64,000 nucleotides of DNA from Eledone cirrhosa (Eukaryota), in assembly GCA_964016885.1 (NCBI GenBank), contig OZ024753.1, positions 26,660,001-26,724,000 on the forward strand, written 5' to 3'. Numbering within the stretch: the first letter of the stretch is position 1; the number at the start of each line of letters is the position of its first letter. Shown here one piece after another: positions 1-14,000 of this stretch. The notes under the pieces are model-generated. The model was given only the letters and a program-made list of their open reading frames with translations, did no database searches and was not told where the DNA came from. The position numbers and the translations under genes are program-made.

Positions 1-3000
1 AGAGTTAGGGTTAGAGTTACGGTTGGGGTTAGAGTTAGCGTTGGGGTTAGGTTTAGGGTTAGCGTTGGGGTTAGGGTTAGGGTTAGCGTTGGGGTTAGGG
101 TTAGGGTTAGAGTTATCGTTTGGGCTAGGGTTAGGGTTAGGTGTAGCTTTAGGGTTATGGTTTTGGGTTAGGGTTAGGGTGAGTGTTCGGGTTCGGATCA
201 GGGTTACGGTTAGGTTTAGGGTTAGTGTTAAGATTTGGGTTAGGGTGTGCGTTAGGGTTAGGTTTTGGGTTAGGGTTATTGTTAGTGTTACTGTTAGGGT
301 TAGGGTTTGGGTTAGGGTTAGGGTTTGGGTTAGGCTTAGTTTTAGGGTTAGGTTTATGGTTAGCGTTAGGGTTTGTGTTAGGGTTAGGGCTAGGGTTACT
401 GTTAAGGGTAGGGTTATTGTTAGTGTTACTGCTAGGGTTAGGGTTTGGGTTTGGGTTAGGGTTTGGGTTAGGTTTACGGTTACGGTTAGTGTTTGGGTTA
501 TTATTAGGGTTAGATTTTGTGTTAGACTTAGGGTTAGGTTTCCGGTTGGGGTTGCGGTTGGGATTAGCGTTGGGGATAGTGTTAGGGTTAGGGTCAGTGT
601 TAGGGTTAGGTTTAGGGTTAGGGTTAGTGTTATGTTTAGGGTTACGTTTAGGGTTACGGTTACTGTTTGGGTTTGGGTTAGGTTTAGGTTTAGGGTTAGG
701 GTTAGGGTTAGGGTTAGGGTTTGGGTTAGGATTTGGGTTAGGGTAATTGTTAGTGTTACTGTTAGGGTTAGGGTTTGGGTTAGGGTTAGGGTTTGGGTTA
801 GGCTTAGTTTTAGGGTTAGGTTTATGGTTAGGGTTAGGGTTTGCGTTAGGTTCAGGGTTACGGTTAGGGTTACGGTTTGTGTTTGGGTTTGGTTTAGGGT
901 TAGGGTTAGGGTTTGGGTTAGGGTTAGGGCTAGGGTTACTGTTAAGGGTAGGGTTATTGTTAGTGTTACTGCTAGGGTTTGGGTTAGGGTTTGGGTTAGG
1001 TTTACGGTTACGGTTAGTGTTTGGGTTATTATTAGTGTTAGAGTTTGTGTTAGATTTAGGGTTAGGTTTCCGGTTGGGGTTGCGGTTGGGATTAGCGTTG
1101 GGGATAGTGTTAGGGTTAGGGTCAGTGTTAGGGTTAGGGTCAGTGTTAGGGTTAGGTTTAAGGTTAGGGATAAGGTTATGTTTAGGGTTACGGTTAGGGT
1201 TACGGTTTGGGTTTGGGTTAGGTTTAGGTTTAGGGTTAGGGTTATGGTTATGGTTAGGGTTAGGGTTAGGGTTAGGGTTTGGGTTAGCGTTCGAGTTAGG
1301 GTTAAGGTTAGGTTTGGGGTTTGGTTTAGGGTTAGGGCTAGCGTTAGGGTTAGGTTTAGGGTTTGGGTTAGGGTTTGGGTTAGGTTTACGGTTAGTGTTT
1401 GGGTTAGTTTTAGGGTTAGCGTGAGGGTTACGGATAGGGTTAGGGTTTGGGTTAGGATTTGGGTTAGGGTTATTGTTAGTGTTACTGCTAGGGTTAGGGT
1501 TTGGGTTTGGGTTAGGGTTACGGTTAGTGTTTGGGTTAGTTTTAGGGTTAGCGTTAGGGTTACGGATAGGGTTAGGGTTTGGGTTAGGGTAATTGTTAGT
1601 ATTACTGTTAGGGTTAGGGTTTGGGTTAGGGTTAGTGTTTGGGTTTGGGTTAGGGTCTGGTTTAGGTTTACGTTTACGGTTAGTGTTTGGGTTATTATTA
1701 GCGTTAGAGTTTGTGTTAGGGTTAGGGTTAGGTTTCCGGTTGGGGTTGCGGTTGGGATTAGCGTTGGGGATAGTGTTAGGGTTAGGGTCAGTGTTAGGGT
1801 TAGGTTTAGGATTAGGGTTAGGGTTATGTTTAGGGTTACGGTTAGGGTTACGGTTTGGGTTTGGGTTTGGGTTAGGTTTAGGGTTAGGGTTAGGGTTATG
1901 GATAGGGTTAGGGTTTGGGTTAGAATTTGGGTTAGGGTTATTGTTAGTGTTACTGTTAGGGTTAGGGTTTGGGTTTGTGTTAGGGTTTGGGTTAAGTTAG
2001 GTTTACGGTTAGTGTTTGGGTTAGTGTAAGGTTTAGTGTTAGGGTTAGTGTTAGGTTTAGTGTTAGGGTTAGGGTTACGTTTCCGGTTGGGATTGAGGTT
2101 GGGGTTAGCGTTGGGGATAGGGTTTGGGTTAGGGTTAGGGTTTGGGTTAGGCTTAGTTTCAGGGTTAGTTTTATGGTTAGGGTTAGGGTTAGGGTTTGCG
2201 TTAGGTTCAGGGTTACGGTTAGGGTTACGGTTTGTGTTTGGTTTAGGTTTATGGTTAGGGTTAGGGTTAGGGTTTGGGTTAGGGTTAGGGATAGGGTTAC
2301 TGTTAAGGGTAGGGTTATGTTTAAGGTTAGGGTTAGGGTTTGGGTTAGGGTTACGGTTGGGGTTGGGGTTTGAGTTGGGGTTAGCTTAGGTGACAGGGTT
2401 GGGATTAGAATTATGGTTAGGGTTATGGTTTGTGTTAGGGTTAGGGTTAGACTTAGGGTTAGGGCTTGTGTTAAGGTTTGGGTTAGGGTTAGTGTTACTG
2501 TTAGGGTTAGGGTTAGGGTTATGGTTAGGGTTAGTGTTAGGGTTAGTGTTAGGGTTTGGATTAGGGTTAGGGTTAGGATAAAGGTTAGGGTTTCGGTTAG
2601 GGTTAGGGCTTGGGTTTGATCTCGGGTTAGGGTTAGGGTTAGGGTTAGGGTTAAGGTTTGGGTTAGGGTGTGCGTTAGGGTTAGTGTTTGGGTTAGTGTT
2701 AGGGTTAGGGTTAGTGTTAGGGTTTGGTTTAGGGTTAGGGCTAGCGTTAGGGTTAGGTTTAGTGTTTGGGTTAGCGTTTGGGTTACGGTTATTGTTTGGG
2801 TTAGTGTTAGGGTTAGCGTTAGTGTTAGGGTTAAGGTTAGGGTTAGTGTTGGTGTTTGGGTTTGGGTTAGGTTTTGTGTTTGGATTAGGGTTAGCGATAG
2901 GGTTAGGATTAGGGTTAGGGGTAGGGTTAGGGGTAGGGTTAGGGTTTGTGTTAGGGTTTGGGTTAATGTTAGGTTTATGTTTAGGGTTATTGTTTGTTAG

Positions 3001-6000
3001 GGCTCGGGTTAGGGTTAGGGTTAGGATTAGGGTTTGGGTTAGGATTTGGGTTAGGGTTATTGTTAGTGTTACTGCTAGGGTTACGGTTAGTGTTTGGGTT
3101 AGTGTTAGGTTTAGAGTTTGTGTTAGGGTTAGGGTTAGGGTTAGGGTTAGGGTTAGGGTTAGGGTTAGGGTTTCGGTTAGGGTTACGGTTGGGGTACGGG
3201 TTGGGGTTCGAGTTAGCGTTGGTGATAGGTTTGAGGTTAGAGTTAGGTTTAGGGTTATGGTTAGGGTTTGGGTTAGAGTTGGGGTTACGGTTAGGGTTAG
3301 GGTTAGGGTTATGTTAGGTTTAGGGTTAGGTTTATGTTTAGGGTTAGCGTTAGTGTTAGTGTTAAGGTTTGGATTAGGGTTAGGGTTAGAGTTAGGATTA
3401 GGGTTTGGGTTTGGGTTTGGGTTAGGGTTAGGGCTTGGGTTTGGGTTTGTTTTTGGGTTAGGGTTAGTGTTAGGATTAGGGTTACGGTGTAGGTTTAGGG
3501 TTAGGGTTTGGGTTAGCGTTGGGGTTAGTGTTTGGGTTGGGGTTGGGGTGGGGTTGGGTGTGGGTTAAGGTTGGAGTTAGGGTTAGGATTGAGTTTCGGG
3601 TTAGGGTTAGGGTTAGAGATAGGGTTAGAGTTAGCGTTGGGGTTAGGGTTAGTGTTAGAGTTAGGGTTAGAGTTAGGATTACGGTTGCAGTTGTGGTTGG
3701 GGTTGGGGCTAGCGTTGGGGATAGGGTTGGGTTAGAGTTAGGGTTACTGTTAGGGTTGGGGTTAGGGTTAGCGTTGGGGTTAAGGTTAGGGTTAGGGTTT
3801 GGGTTAGGGTTAGGGTTAGAGTTATCGTTTGGGTTAGGGTTAGGGTTAGGTGTAGGTTTAGGGTTATGGTTTTGGGTTATGATTTTGGGTTAGGGTTAGC
3901 GTTAGTGTTAGGGTTAGTGTTCGGGTTTGGATTAGGGTTAGTGTTAGGGTTAGGGCTTGTGCTTGTTTTTGGTTTCGGGTTAGGATTAGGGTTAGTGTTA
4001 AGATTTGGGTTAGGGTGTGCGTTACGGTTAGGGTTAGTGTTAGGATTAGGGTTATGGTTAGGTTTAGGGTTAGGGTTTGTGTTTGGGTTAGGGTTAGGGT
4101 TAGAGTTAAGGTTTGGGTTAGGGTTCGAGTTAGGGTGAGGGTTAGGTTTTGGGTTTGGTTTAGTGTTAGGGCTAGCGTTAGGGTTAGGTTTAGGGTTTGG
4201 GTTAGGGTTTGGGTTAGGTTTACGGTTAGTGTTTGGGTTAGTTTTAGGGTTAGCGTTAGGGTTAGGATTCGGGTTAGTGTTTGGGTTGGGGTTGGGATGG
4301 GGTTGGGGTGCGTGTGGGTTAGGGTTAGGGTTAAGGTTAGGGTTAGTGTTGGGGTTTGTGTTTGGGTTAGGGTTAGGTTTTGTGTTTGGGTTAGTGTTAG
4401 GATTAGGGTTAGGGGTAGGGTTAGGGTTTGTGTTAGGGTTTGGGTTTGGTTTATGTTTAGGGTTATTGTTTATGTTAGGGCTCGGGTTAGGATTAGGGTT
4501 ACGGTTAGGTTTATGGTTAGGGTTTGGGTTTGGTTTAGGGTTAGGGCTAGCTTTAGGGTTAGGTTTAGTGTTTGGGTTAGGGTTTGGGTTAAGGTTACGG
4601 TTAGTGTTTGGGTTAGTGTCAGGCTTAGCATTAGGGTTAGGTTTAGGGTTAGTGTTTGAGTTGGGGTTGGGGTGCGTGATGGTGTTGGGGTGGGGTTAGA
4701 GGTGGAGTTAGGGTTAGGGTTAGGTTTTGTGTTTGGGTTAGGGTTAGCGATAGGGTTAGGTATAGGGTTAGGGGTAGGGTTAGGGTTTGTGTTAGGGTTT
4801 GGATTTGGGTTAGGGTTAGGTTTATGTTTAGGGTTATTGTTTATGTTAGGGCTCGGGTTAATATTAGGGTTACGGTTAGGGTTTGGTTAGGATTTGGGTT
4901 AGGGTTATAGTTAGTGTTACTGCTAGTGTTAGGTTTTGGGTTTGTGTTAGGGTTAGGGTTAATGTTAGGTTTTCGGTTAGTGTTTGGCTTAGTGTAAGGG
5001 TTAGTGTTAGGGTTAGGGCTAGGGTTACGTTTCCGGTTGGGGTTGCGGTTGGGGTTAGCGTTGGGGATAGGGTTAGGGTTATGTTTAGGGTTTGGATTTG
5101 GGTTAGGGTTAGTTTTAGGGTTAGGTTTAGGTTTAGGGTTAGGGTTAGGGTTTGCGTTAGGTTTAGGGTTTCGGTTAGTGTTACGGTTTGGGTTAGGTTT
5201 AGTGTTAGGTTTTGGGTTAGGGTTAGGGTTAGGGTTAGTGTTAGGGTTAGTGTTAGGATTAGGGTTACGGTTAGGTTTAGGGTTAGGGTTAGGTTTGGAT
5301 TACGGTTTGGGTTTGGGTTAGGGTTCGAGTTAGGGTGAGGTTTGGGGTTTGGTTTAGGACTAGGGCTAGCGTTAGGGTTAGGTTTAGAGTTTGGGTTATG
5401 GTTTGGGTTAGAGTTACGGTTAGTGTTTGGGTTAGTGTTAGGGTTAGCGTTAGTGTTAGGGATAGGGTTATGTTTGGGTTGGGGTTGGGGTGGGGTGAAT
5501 GCGGGTGGGTGTTGGTGTCAGGGTTAGGGGTGGAGTTGGGCTGAGGATTAAGATTAAGGTTAGTGTTGTGGTTTGGGTTTGGGTTAAGCTTAGGTTTTGT
5601 GTTTGGGTTAGGGTTAGCGATCGGATTAGTGTTAGGGTTAGGGTTAGGTTTAGGTTACTGTTTGGGTTTGGGTTAGGGTTAAGTTTATGTTTAGGGTTAT
5701 TGTTTATGTTAGGGCTCGGGTTAAGATTAGGGTTACGGTTAGGGTTTGGTTAGGATTTGGGTTAGGGTTATTGTTAGTGTTACTGCTAGTGTTAGGTTTT
5801 GCGTTTGTGTTAGGGTTTGGGTTAATGTTAGGTTTTCGGTTAGTGTTTGGCTTAGTGTAAGGGTTAGGGTTAGGGCTAGGGTTACGTTTCCGGTTGGGGT
5901 TGCGGTTGGGGTTAGCGTTGGGGATAGGGTTAGGGTTATGTTTAGGGTTTGGGTTTGGGTTAGGGTTAGTTTTAGGGTTAGGTTTAGGGTTAGGGTTAGG

Positions 6001-9000
6001 GTTAGGGTTTGCGTTAGGTTTAGGGTTTCGGTTAGTGTTACGGTTTGGGTTAGGTTTAGTGTTAGGGTTTGGGTTAGGGTTAGGGTTAGTGTTAGTGTTA
6101 GTGTTAGGATTAGGGTTACGGTTAGGTTTAGGGTTAGGGTTAGGTTTGGATTACGGTTTGGGTTTGGGTTAGGGTTCGAGTTAGGGTGAGGTTTGGGGTT
6201 TGGTTTAGGACTAGGGCTAGCGTTAGGGTTAGGTTTAGAGTTTGGGTTATGGTTTGGGTTAGAGTTACGGTTAGTGTTTGGGTTAGTGTTAGGGTTAGCG
6301 TTAGTGTTAGGGATAGGGTTATGTTTGGGTTGGGGTTGGGCTGGGGTGAATGCGGGTGGGTGTTGGTGTCAGGGTTAGGGGTGGAGTTGGGGTTAGGATT
6401 AAGATTAAGGTTAGTGTTGTGGTTTGGGTTTGGGTTAAGCTTAGGTTTTGTGTTTGGGTTAGCGTTAGCGATAGGATTAGTTTTAGGGTTAGGGTTAGGT
6501 TTAGGTTACTGTTTGGGTTTGGGTTAGGGTTAAGTTTATGTTTAGGGTTATTGTTTATGTTAGTGCTCGGGTTAGGATTAGGGTTAGGGTTAGGGTTTGG
6601 GTTAGGATTTGGGTTAGGATTATCGTTAGTGTTACTGCTAGGGTTAGGGTTTGGGTTTGGGTTACGGTTTGGGTTAGGGTTAGGGTTACGGTTAGTGTTT
6701 GGGTTAGGGTTAGGGTTAGAGTTAAGGTTAGTGTTACTGTTAGGGTTACGTTTCGCTTTGGGGTTGAGGTTAGCGTTGGGGATAGGGTTAGGATTAGTGT
6801 TTGGGTTAGGGTTAGGGTTTGGGTTAGTGTTAGGGTTAGGTTTAGGGTTAGCGTTAGGTTTAGGGTTAGGGTTAGGGTTTGGGTTAGGTTTAGGGTTTGG
6901 GTTAACGTTATGTTTTGGGTTATGGAGGGTTAGGGCTAGGGTTTTGGTTATGGAGGGTCAGGGTTAGGGTTAGGGTTATCGTTTGGGTTAGGGTTAGGTT
7001 TAGGGTTAGTGTTAGGGTTAGTGTTAGGGTTAGGTTTAGGTTTAGGGTTAGGGCTATGGTTTGGGTTAGGTTTAGTGTTACGGTTAGGGTTACGGTTTGA
7101 GTTTGGTTTAGGTTTAGGGTTAGGGTTAGGCTTTGTGTTAGGGTTAGGGTTAGGGTTAGTGTTAAGGGTAGGGTTAGGGTTGCGGTTGCAGTTGTGATTG
7201 GGGTTGGGGCTAGCGTTGGAGATAGGGTTGGGGTTAGAGTTAGGTTTAATAGTTAGAGTTAGGGTTGGGGTTAGAGTTAGGTTTAGAGTTAGGGTTGGGG
7301 TTAGGTTTAGCGTTGGGGTTAGGTTTAGGGGTAGCGTTGGGGTTAGGGTTAGGGTTAGCGTTGGGGTTAGGGTTAAGGTTAGCGTTGGGGTTAGGGTTAG
7401 GGTTAGGGTTAGGTGTAGGTTTAGGGTTATGGTTTTGAGTTAGGGTTAGTGTTAGGGTTTGGATCAGGGTTAAGGTTATGTTTAGGGTTAGGGTTTGGGT
7501 TAGGGTTAGTGTTAAGGTTTGGTTTAGGGTGTGGGTTAGGGTTAGGTTTTGGGTTAGGGTTATTGTTAGGGTTAGGGTTAGGTTTATGGTTAGGGTTAGT
7601 GTTAGTGTTAGTGTTAGGGTTTTGATTAGGGCTAGGGTTAGGTTTAGTGTTAGGCTTTGGGTTTGGGTTTGGGTTAGGGCTTGGTTTTGGGTTTGGTTTC
7701 GGGTTAGGGTTAGGGTTAGTGTTAAGGTTTGGGTTAGGGTGTGCGTTAGTGTTAGGGTTAGGGTTAGTGTTAGGATTAGGGTTAGGCTTAGGGTTAGGGT
7801 TTGGGTTAGGGTTAGCGTTATGGTTAGGGTTGGGGTTGGGGTTAGGATTTGGATTAGGGTTAGGGTTAAGGTTAGGGTTTGGGTTATGGAAGGCTAGGGC
7901 TAGGGTTTGGGTTATGGAGGGTCGGGGTTAGGGTTAGGGTTATCGTTTGCGTTAGGGTTAGGTTTAGGGTTAGTGTTAGTGTTAGTGTTAGGGTTAGGTT
8001 TAGGGTTAGGGTTAGGGTTTGTGTTTGGGTTAGGTTTAGGGTTACGGTTAGGGTTACGGTTTGGGTTTGGTTTAGGTTTAGGGTTAGGGTTAGGCTTTGG
8101 GTTAGGGTTAGGGTTAGGGTTAGTGTTATGGGTAGGGTTAGGGTTGCGGTTGCATTTGTGATTGGGGTTGGGGCTAGCGTTGGGTATAGGGTTGGGGTTG
8201 GGGTTAGGGTTAGCGTTGGGGCTAGGTTTAAGGTTAGAGTTGGGGATAGTGTTAGGGTTATCGTTCGGATTAGGGTTAGGGTTAGAGTTATCGTTTGGGC
8301 TAGGGTTAGGGCTAGGTGTAGGTTTAGGGTTATGGTTTTGGGTTAGGGTGAGTGTTAGGGTTTGGATCAGGGTTACGGTTAGGTTTAGGATTAGTGTTAA
8401 AATTTGGGTTAGGGTGTGGGTTATGGTTTAAGTTTTGGATTAAGGTCATTGTTAGGGTTAGGGTTAGCGTTAGTGTTATTGTTATGGTTAGGGTTAAGGT
8501 TAGGGTTAGGGTTAGGGTTAGGTTTATGGTTTTGGGTTAGGGTTATGGTTTTGGGTTAGGTTTAGGGTTAGTGTTAGGGTTTGGGTTAGGGTTTGGGTTA
8601 GGTTTAGGGCTTGGGTTTGGGTTTGGTTTCGGGTTAGGGTTAGGGTTAAGGTTACGGTTAGTGATTGGGTTAGTGTTAGGCTTAGCGTTAGGGTTAGGTT
8701 TAGGGTTAGTGTTTGGGTTGGGGTTGGGGTGCGTGAGGGTGTTGGGGTGGGGTTAGAGGTGGAGTTAGGGTTAGGTTTTGTGTTTGGGTTAGGGTTAGCG
8801 ATAGGGTTAGGGATAGGGTTAGGGGTAGGGTTAGGGTTTGTGTTAGGGTTTGGGTTTGGGTTATGGTTAGGTTTATGTTTAGGGTTATTGTTTATGTTAG
8901 GGCTTGGGTTAGGATTAGGGTTACGGTTAGGGTTAGGGTTTGGGTTAGGATTTGGGTTAAGGTTAGGTTTTCGGTTAGTGTTTGGGTTAGTGTAAGGGTT

Positions 9001-10562
9001 AGTGTTAGGGTTAGGGCTAGGGTTACGTTTCCGGTTGGGGTTACGGTTAGGGTTAGGGTTAGGGTTAGGGTTAGGTTTAGGGTTTGGGTTATGGTTAGTT
9101 TTAGGGTTAGGTTTAGGGTTAGGGTTAGGGTTAGGGTTTGCGTTAGGGTTAGGGTTAGGGTTAGGGTTAGGGTTAAGGGTAGGGTTAGGGTTGCGGTTGC
9201 AGTTGTGATTGGGGTTGGGGTTAGAGTTAGGGTTAGAGTTAGGGTTGGGGTTAGAGTTAGGGTTAGAGTTAGGGTTGGGGTTAGGGTTAGCGTTGGGGTT
9301 AGGTTTAGGGTTAGCGTTGGGGTTAGGGTTAGGGTTAGCGTTGGGGTTAGTGTTAGGGTAGAGTTATCGTTTGGGTTAGGGTTAGGGTTAGGTGTCGGTT
9401 TAGGGTTATGGTTTTGGGTTACGGTTAGGGTTAGTGTTAGGGTTTGGATCAGGGTTACGGTTAGGTTTAGGGTTAGGGTTTGGGTTAGGGTTAGTGTTAA
9501 GGTTTGGGTTAGGTTGTGGGTTAGGGTTAGGTTTTGGGTTAGGGTTATTGTTAGGGTTAGGGTTAGGTTTATGGTTAGGGTTAGGGCTAGTGTTAAGGTT
9601 TGGGTTAGGGTGTGCGTTAGTGTTAGGGTTAGGGTTAGGGTTAGGGTTAGTGTCAGTGTTAGGATTAGGGTTAGGTTTACGGTTAGGGTTTGGGTTAGAG
9701 TTAGCGTTACGGTTAGTGTTAGGGTTGGGGTTGTGGTGGGGATGGGGTGGGGTTGGGTGCGGGTTAAGTTTGGGGTTAGTGTTAGCGTTGTGGTTAGGGT
9801 TATGATTACGGTTGCAGTTGTGGTTGCGGTTGGGGCTAGCGTTGGGGATAGGGTCGGGTTTAGAGTTAGGGTTAGAGTTAGGGTTGGGGTTAGGGTTAGC
9901 ATTGGTGTTAGGGTTAGGGTTAGGATTAGGGTTTGGGTTAGGGTTAGGTTTAGAGTTATCGGTTGGGTTAGGGTTAGGGTTAGGGGTAGGGTTAGGGTTA
10001 TGGTTTTGGGTTAGGGTTAGAGTTAGGGTTAGTGTTGGGGTTTGGATTAGGGTTATTTTTAGGGTTTGGGTTTGGATTAGGTTTAGGGCTTGGGTTCGGT
10101 TTCGGGTTAGGGTTAGGGTTAGGGTTAGTGTTATTGTTAGTGTTACTGCTAGGGTTAGGGTTTGGGTTAGGGTTAGGTTTTGTGTTTGGGTTAGGGTTAG
10201 CGATAGGATTAGGGTTAGGGTTAGGGTTAGGTTTAGGTTAGGGTTTGGGTTTGGGTTAGGGTTAGGTTTATGTTTAGGGTTATTGTTTATGTTAGGGCTC
10301 GGGTTAGAATTAGGGTTAGGGTTTGGGTTAGGGTTTGGGTTAGGGTTACTGCTAGGATTAGTGTTGGGTTAGGGTTACGGTTAGTGTTTGGGTTAGTGTT
10401 AGGGTTAGAGTTAGGGTTAGTGTTAGTGTTAGGCTTAGGGTTACGTTTCCGTTTGGGGTTGCGGTTGGGGTTAGCTTTCGGGATAGTGTTAGGGTTAGGG
10501 TTAGCCATAGGGTTAGGGTTACGGTTTGGGTTTGGTTTAGGTTTAGGATTAGTGTTAGGGTT
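1..10562 (+). repeat. Copy 1 of a >10.5-kb segmental duplication (partner 17490-28388)
   Basis: Near-identical variant order and ORF-track translations at offsets 17489 (183 vs 17672), 17771 (2036 vs 19807), 17801 (3519 vs 21320) and 17826 (10270 vs 28096). Similarity stops after TTAGCCATAGGG...GGATTAGTGTTAGGGTT. Confidence 0.9.
4720..6600 (+). repeat. ~850-860-bp tandem duplication inside the array (also at ~22520-24400)
   Basis: Rare markers GGACTAGGG, GGTGAATGCGGG and TTAAGCTTAGG recur at an offset of ~851; ORF pairs 4883/5746 (offset 863), 5335/6186 and 5499/6350 (offset 851). Confidence 0.85.
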
Positions 10563-11039
10563 AGGGTTTGGGTTAGGGTTAGGGATAGGGTTACTGTTAA
10601 GGGTAGGGTTATGTTTAGGGTTAGGGTTTGTGTTTGGGTTAGGTTTATGGTTAGGGTTAGGGTTAGGGTTTGGGTTAGGGTTAGGGATAGGGTTACTGTT
10701 AAGGGTAGGGTTATGTTTAGGGTTAGGGTTAGGGTTTGGGTTAGGGTTACGGTTGGGGTTGGGGTTTGAGTTGGGGTTAGCTTAGGTGACAGGGTTGGGG
10801 TTAGAATTATGGTTAGGGTTATGGTTTGGGTTAGGGTTAGGGTTAGACTTAGGGTCAGGGTTTGTGTTAGGGTTTCGGTTAGGGTTAGTGTTACTGTTAG
10901 GGTTAGGGTTAGTGTTAGTGTTAGGGTTAGTGTTAGGGTTTGGATTAGGGTTAGGGTTAGGATAAAGGTTAGGGTTTGGGTTAGGGTTAGGGCTTGGGTT
11001 TGATCTCGGGTTAGGGTTAGGGTTAAGGTTAGGGTTAGG

Positions 11040-14000
11040 GCTAGGGTTACTGTTAAGGGTAGGGTTATTGTTAGTGTTACTGCTAGGGTTAGGGTTTGGG
11101 TTTGGGTTAGGGTTTGGGTTAGGTTTACGGTTACGGTTAGTGTTTCGGTTATTATTAGGGTGAGAGTTTGTGTTAGATTTAGGGTTAGGTTTCCGGTTGG
11201 GGTTGCGGTTGGGATTAGCGTTGGGGATAGTGTTAGGGTTAGGGTCAGTGTTAGGGTTAGGTTTAGGGTTAGGGTTTGGGTTATGTTTAGGGTTACGGTT
11301 AGGGTTACGGTTTGGGTTTGGGTTTGGGTTAGGTTTAGGTTTAGGGTTAGGTTTATGGATAGGGTTAGGGTTTGTGTTAGGGTTTGGGTTAGGGTTTGGG
11401 TTAGGTTTACGGTTAGTGTTTGGGTTAGTTTTAGGGTTAGCGTTAGGGTTACGGATATGGTTAGGGTTTTGGTTTAGGATTTGGGTTAGGGTTATCGTTA
11501 GGGTTACGGATCGGGTTAGGGTTTGGGTTAGGATTTGGGTTAGGGTAATTGTTAGTGTTACTGTTAGGGTTAGGGTTTGGGTTAGGGTTAGGGTTTGGGT
11601 TAGGCTTAGTTTTAGGGTTAGGTTTATGGTTAGGGTTAGGGTTTGCGTTAGGTTCAGGGTTACGGTTAGGGTTACGGTTTGTGTTTGGGTTTGGTTTAGG
11701 GTTAGGGTTAGGGTTTGGGTTAGGGTTAGGGCTAGGGTTACTGTTAAGGGTAGGGTTATTGTTAGTGTTACTGCTAGGGTTAGGGTTTGGGTTTGGGTTA
11801 GGGTTTGGGTTAGGTTTACGGTTACGGTTAGTGTTTCGGTTATTATTAGGGTTAGAGTTTGTGTTAGATTTAGGGTTAGGTTTCCGGTTGGGGTTGCGGT
11901 TGGGATTAGCGTTGGGGATAGTGTTAGGGTTAGGGTCAGTGTTAGGGTTAGGTTTAGGGTTAGGGTTAGGGTTATGTTTAGGGTTACGGTTAGGGTTACG
12001 GTTTGGGTTTGGGTTTGGGTTAGGTTTAGGTTTAGGGTTAGGTTTATGGATAGGGTTAGGGTTAGGGTTAGGGTTAGGGTTAGGGTTTGGGTTAGGTTTA
12101 CGGTTAGTGTTTGGGTTAGTTTTAGGGTTAGCGTTAGGGTTACGGATATGGTTAGGGTTTTGGGTTAGGATTTGGGTTAGGGTTATCGTTAGTGTTACTG
12201 CTAGGGTTAGGGTTTGGGTTTGGGTTAGGGTTACGGTTAGTGTTTGGGTTAGTTTTAGGGTTAGCGTTAGGGTTACGGATAGGGTTAGGGTTTGGGTTAG
12301 GATTTGGGTTAGGGTAATTGTTAGTGTTACTGTTAGGGTTAGGGTTTGGGCTAGGGTTAGTGTTTGGGTTAGGCTTAGTTTTAGGGTTAGGTTTATGGTT
12401 AGGGTTAGGGTTTGCGTTAGGTTCAGGGTTACGGTTACGGTTACGGTTTGTGTTTGGGTTTGGTTTAGGGTAAGGGTTAGGGTTTGGGTTAGGTTTAGGG
12501 CTAGGGTTACTGTTAAGGATAGGGTTATTGTTAGTGTTACTGCTAGGGTTAGGGTTTGGGTTTGGGTTAGGGTTTGGGTTAGGTTTACGGTTACGGTTAG
12601 TGTTTGGGTTATTATTAGGATTAGAGTTTGTGTTAGATTTAGGGTTAGGTTTCCGGTTGGGGTTGCGGTTGGGATTAGCGTTGGGGATAGTATTAGGGTT
12701 AGGGTCAGTGTTAGGGTTAGGTTTAGGGTTAGGGTTATGTTTAGGGTTACGGTTAGGGTTACGGTTTGGGTTTGGGTTTGGGTTAGGTTTAGTTTTAGGG
12801 TTAGGGTTATGCATAGGGTTAGGGTTAGTGTTAGGGTTAGGGTTAGGGTTTGGGTTAGGTTTACGGTTAGTGTTTGGGTTAGTTTTAGGGTTAGCGTTAG
12901 GGTTACGGATAGGGTTAGGGTTTGGGTTAGGATTTGGGTTAGGGTTATTGTTAGTGTTACTGCTAGGGTTAGGGTTTGGGTTTGGGTTAGGGTTACGGTT
13001 AGTGTTTGGGTTAGTTTTAGGGTTAGCGTTAGGGTTACGGATAGGGTTAGGGTTAGGGTTAGGGTTAGGGTTAGGGTTAGGGTAATTGTAAGTATTACTG
13101 TTAGGGTTAGGGTTTGGGTTAGGGTTAGGGTTTGGGTGAGGCTTAGTTTTAGGGTTAGGTTTATGGTTAGGGTTAGGGTTTGCGTTAGGTTCAGGGATAC
13201 GGTTAGGGTTACGGTTTTTGTTTGGGTTTGGTTTAGGGTTAGGGTTAGGGTTTGGGTTAGGTTTAGGGCTAGGGTTACTGTTAAGGGTAGGGTTATTGTT
13301 AGTGTTACTGCAAGGGTTAGGGTTTGGGTTTGGGTTAGGGTTTGGTTTAGGTTTACGGTTACGGTTAGTGTTTGGGTTATTATTAGGGTTAGAGTTTGTG
13401 TTAGGGTTAGGGTTAGGTTTCCGGATGGGGTTGCGGTTGGGATTAGCGTTGGGGATAGTGTTAGGGTTAGGGTTAGGGTTTGGGTTAGGCTTAGTTTCAG
13501 GGTTAGGTTTATGGTTAGGGTTAGGGTTAGGGTTTGCGTTAGGTTCAGGGTTACGGTTAGGGTTACGGTTTGTGTTTGGGTTAGGTTTATGGTTAGGGTT
13601 AGGGTTAGGGTTTGGGTTAGGGTTAGGGATAGGGTTACTGTTAAGGGTAGGGTTATGTTTAGGGTTAGGGTTAGGGTTTGGGTTAGGGTTACGGTTGGGG
13701 TTGGGGTTTGAGTTGGGGTTAGCTTAGGTGACAGGGTTGGGGTTAGAATTATGGTTAGGGTTATGGTTTGGGTTAGGGTTAGGGTTAGACTTAGGGTCAG
13801 GGTTTGCGTTAGGGTTTCGGTTAGGGTTAGTGTTACTGTTAGGGTTAGGGTTAGGGTTAGTGTTAGGGTTAGTGTTAGGGTTTGGATTAGGGTTAGGGTT
13901 AGGATAAAGGTTAGGGTTTGGGTTAGGGTTAGGGCTTGGGTTTGATCTCGGGTTAGGGTTAGGGTTAGGGTTAGGGTTAGGGCTAGGGTTACTGTTAAGG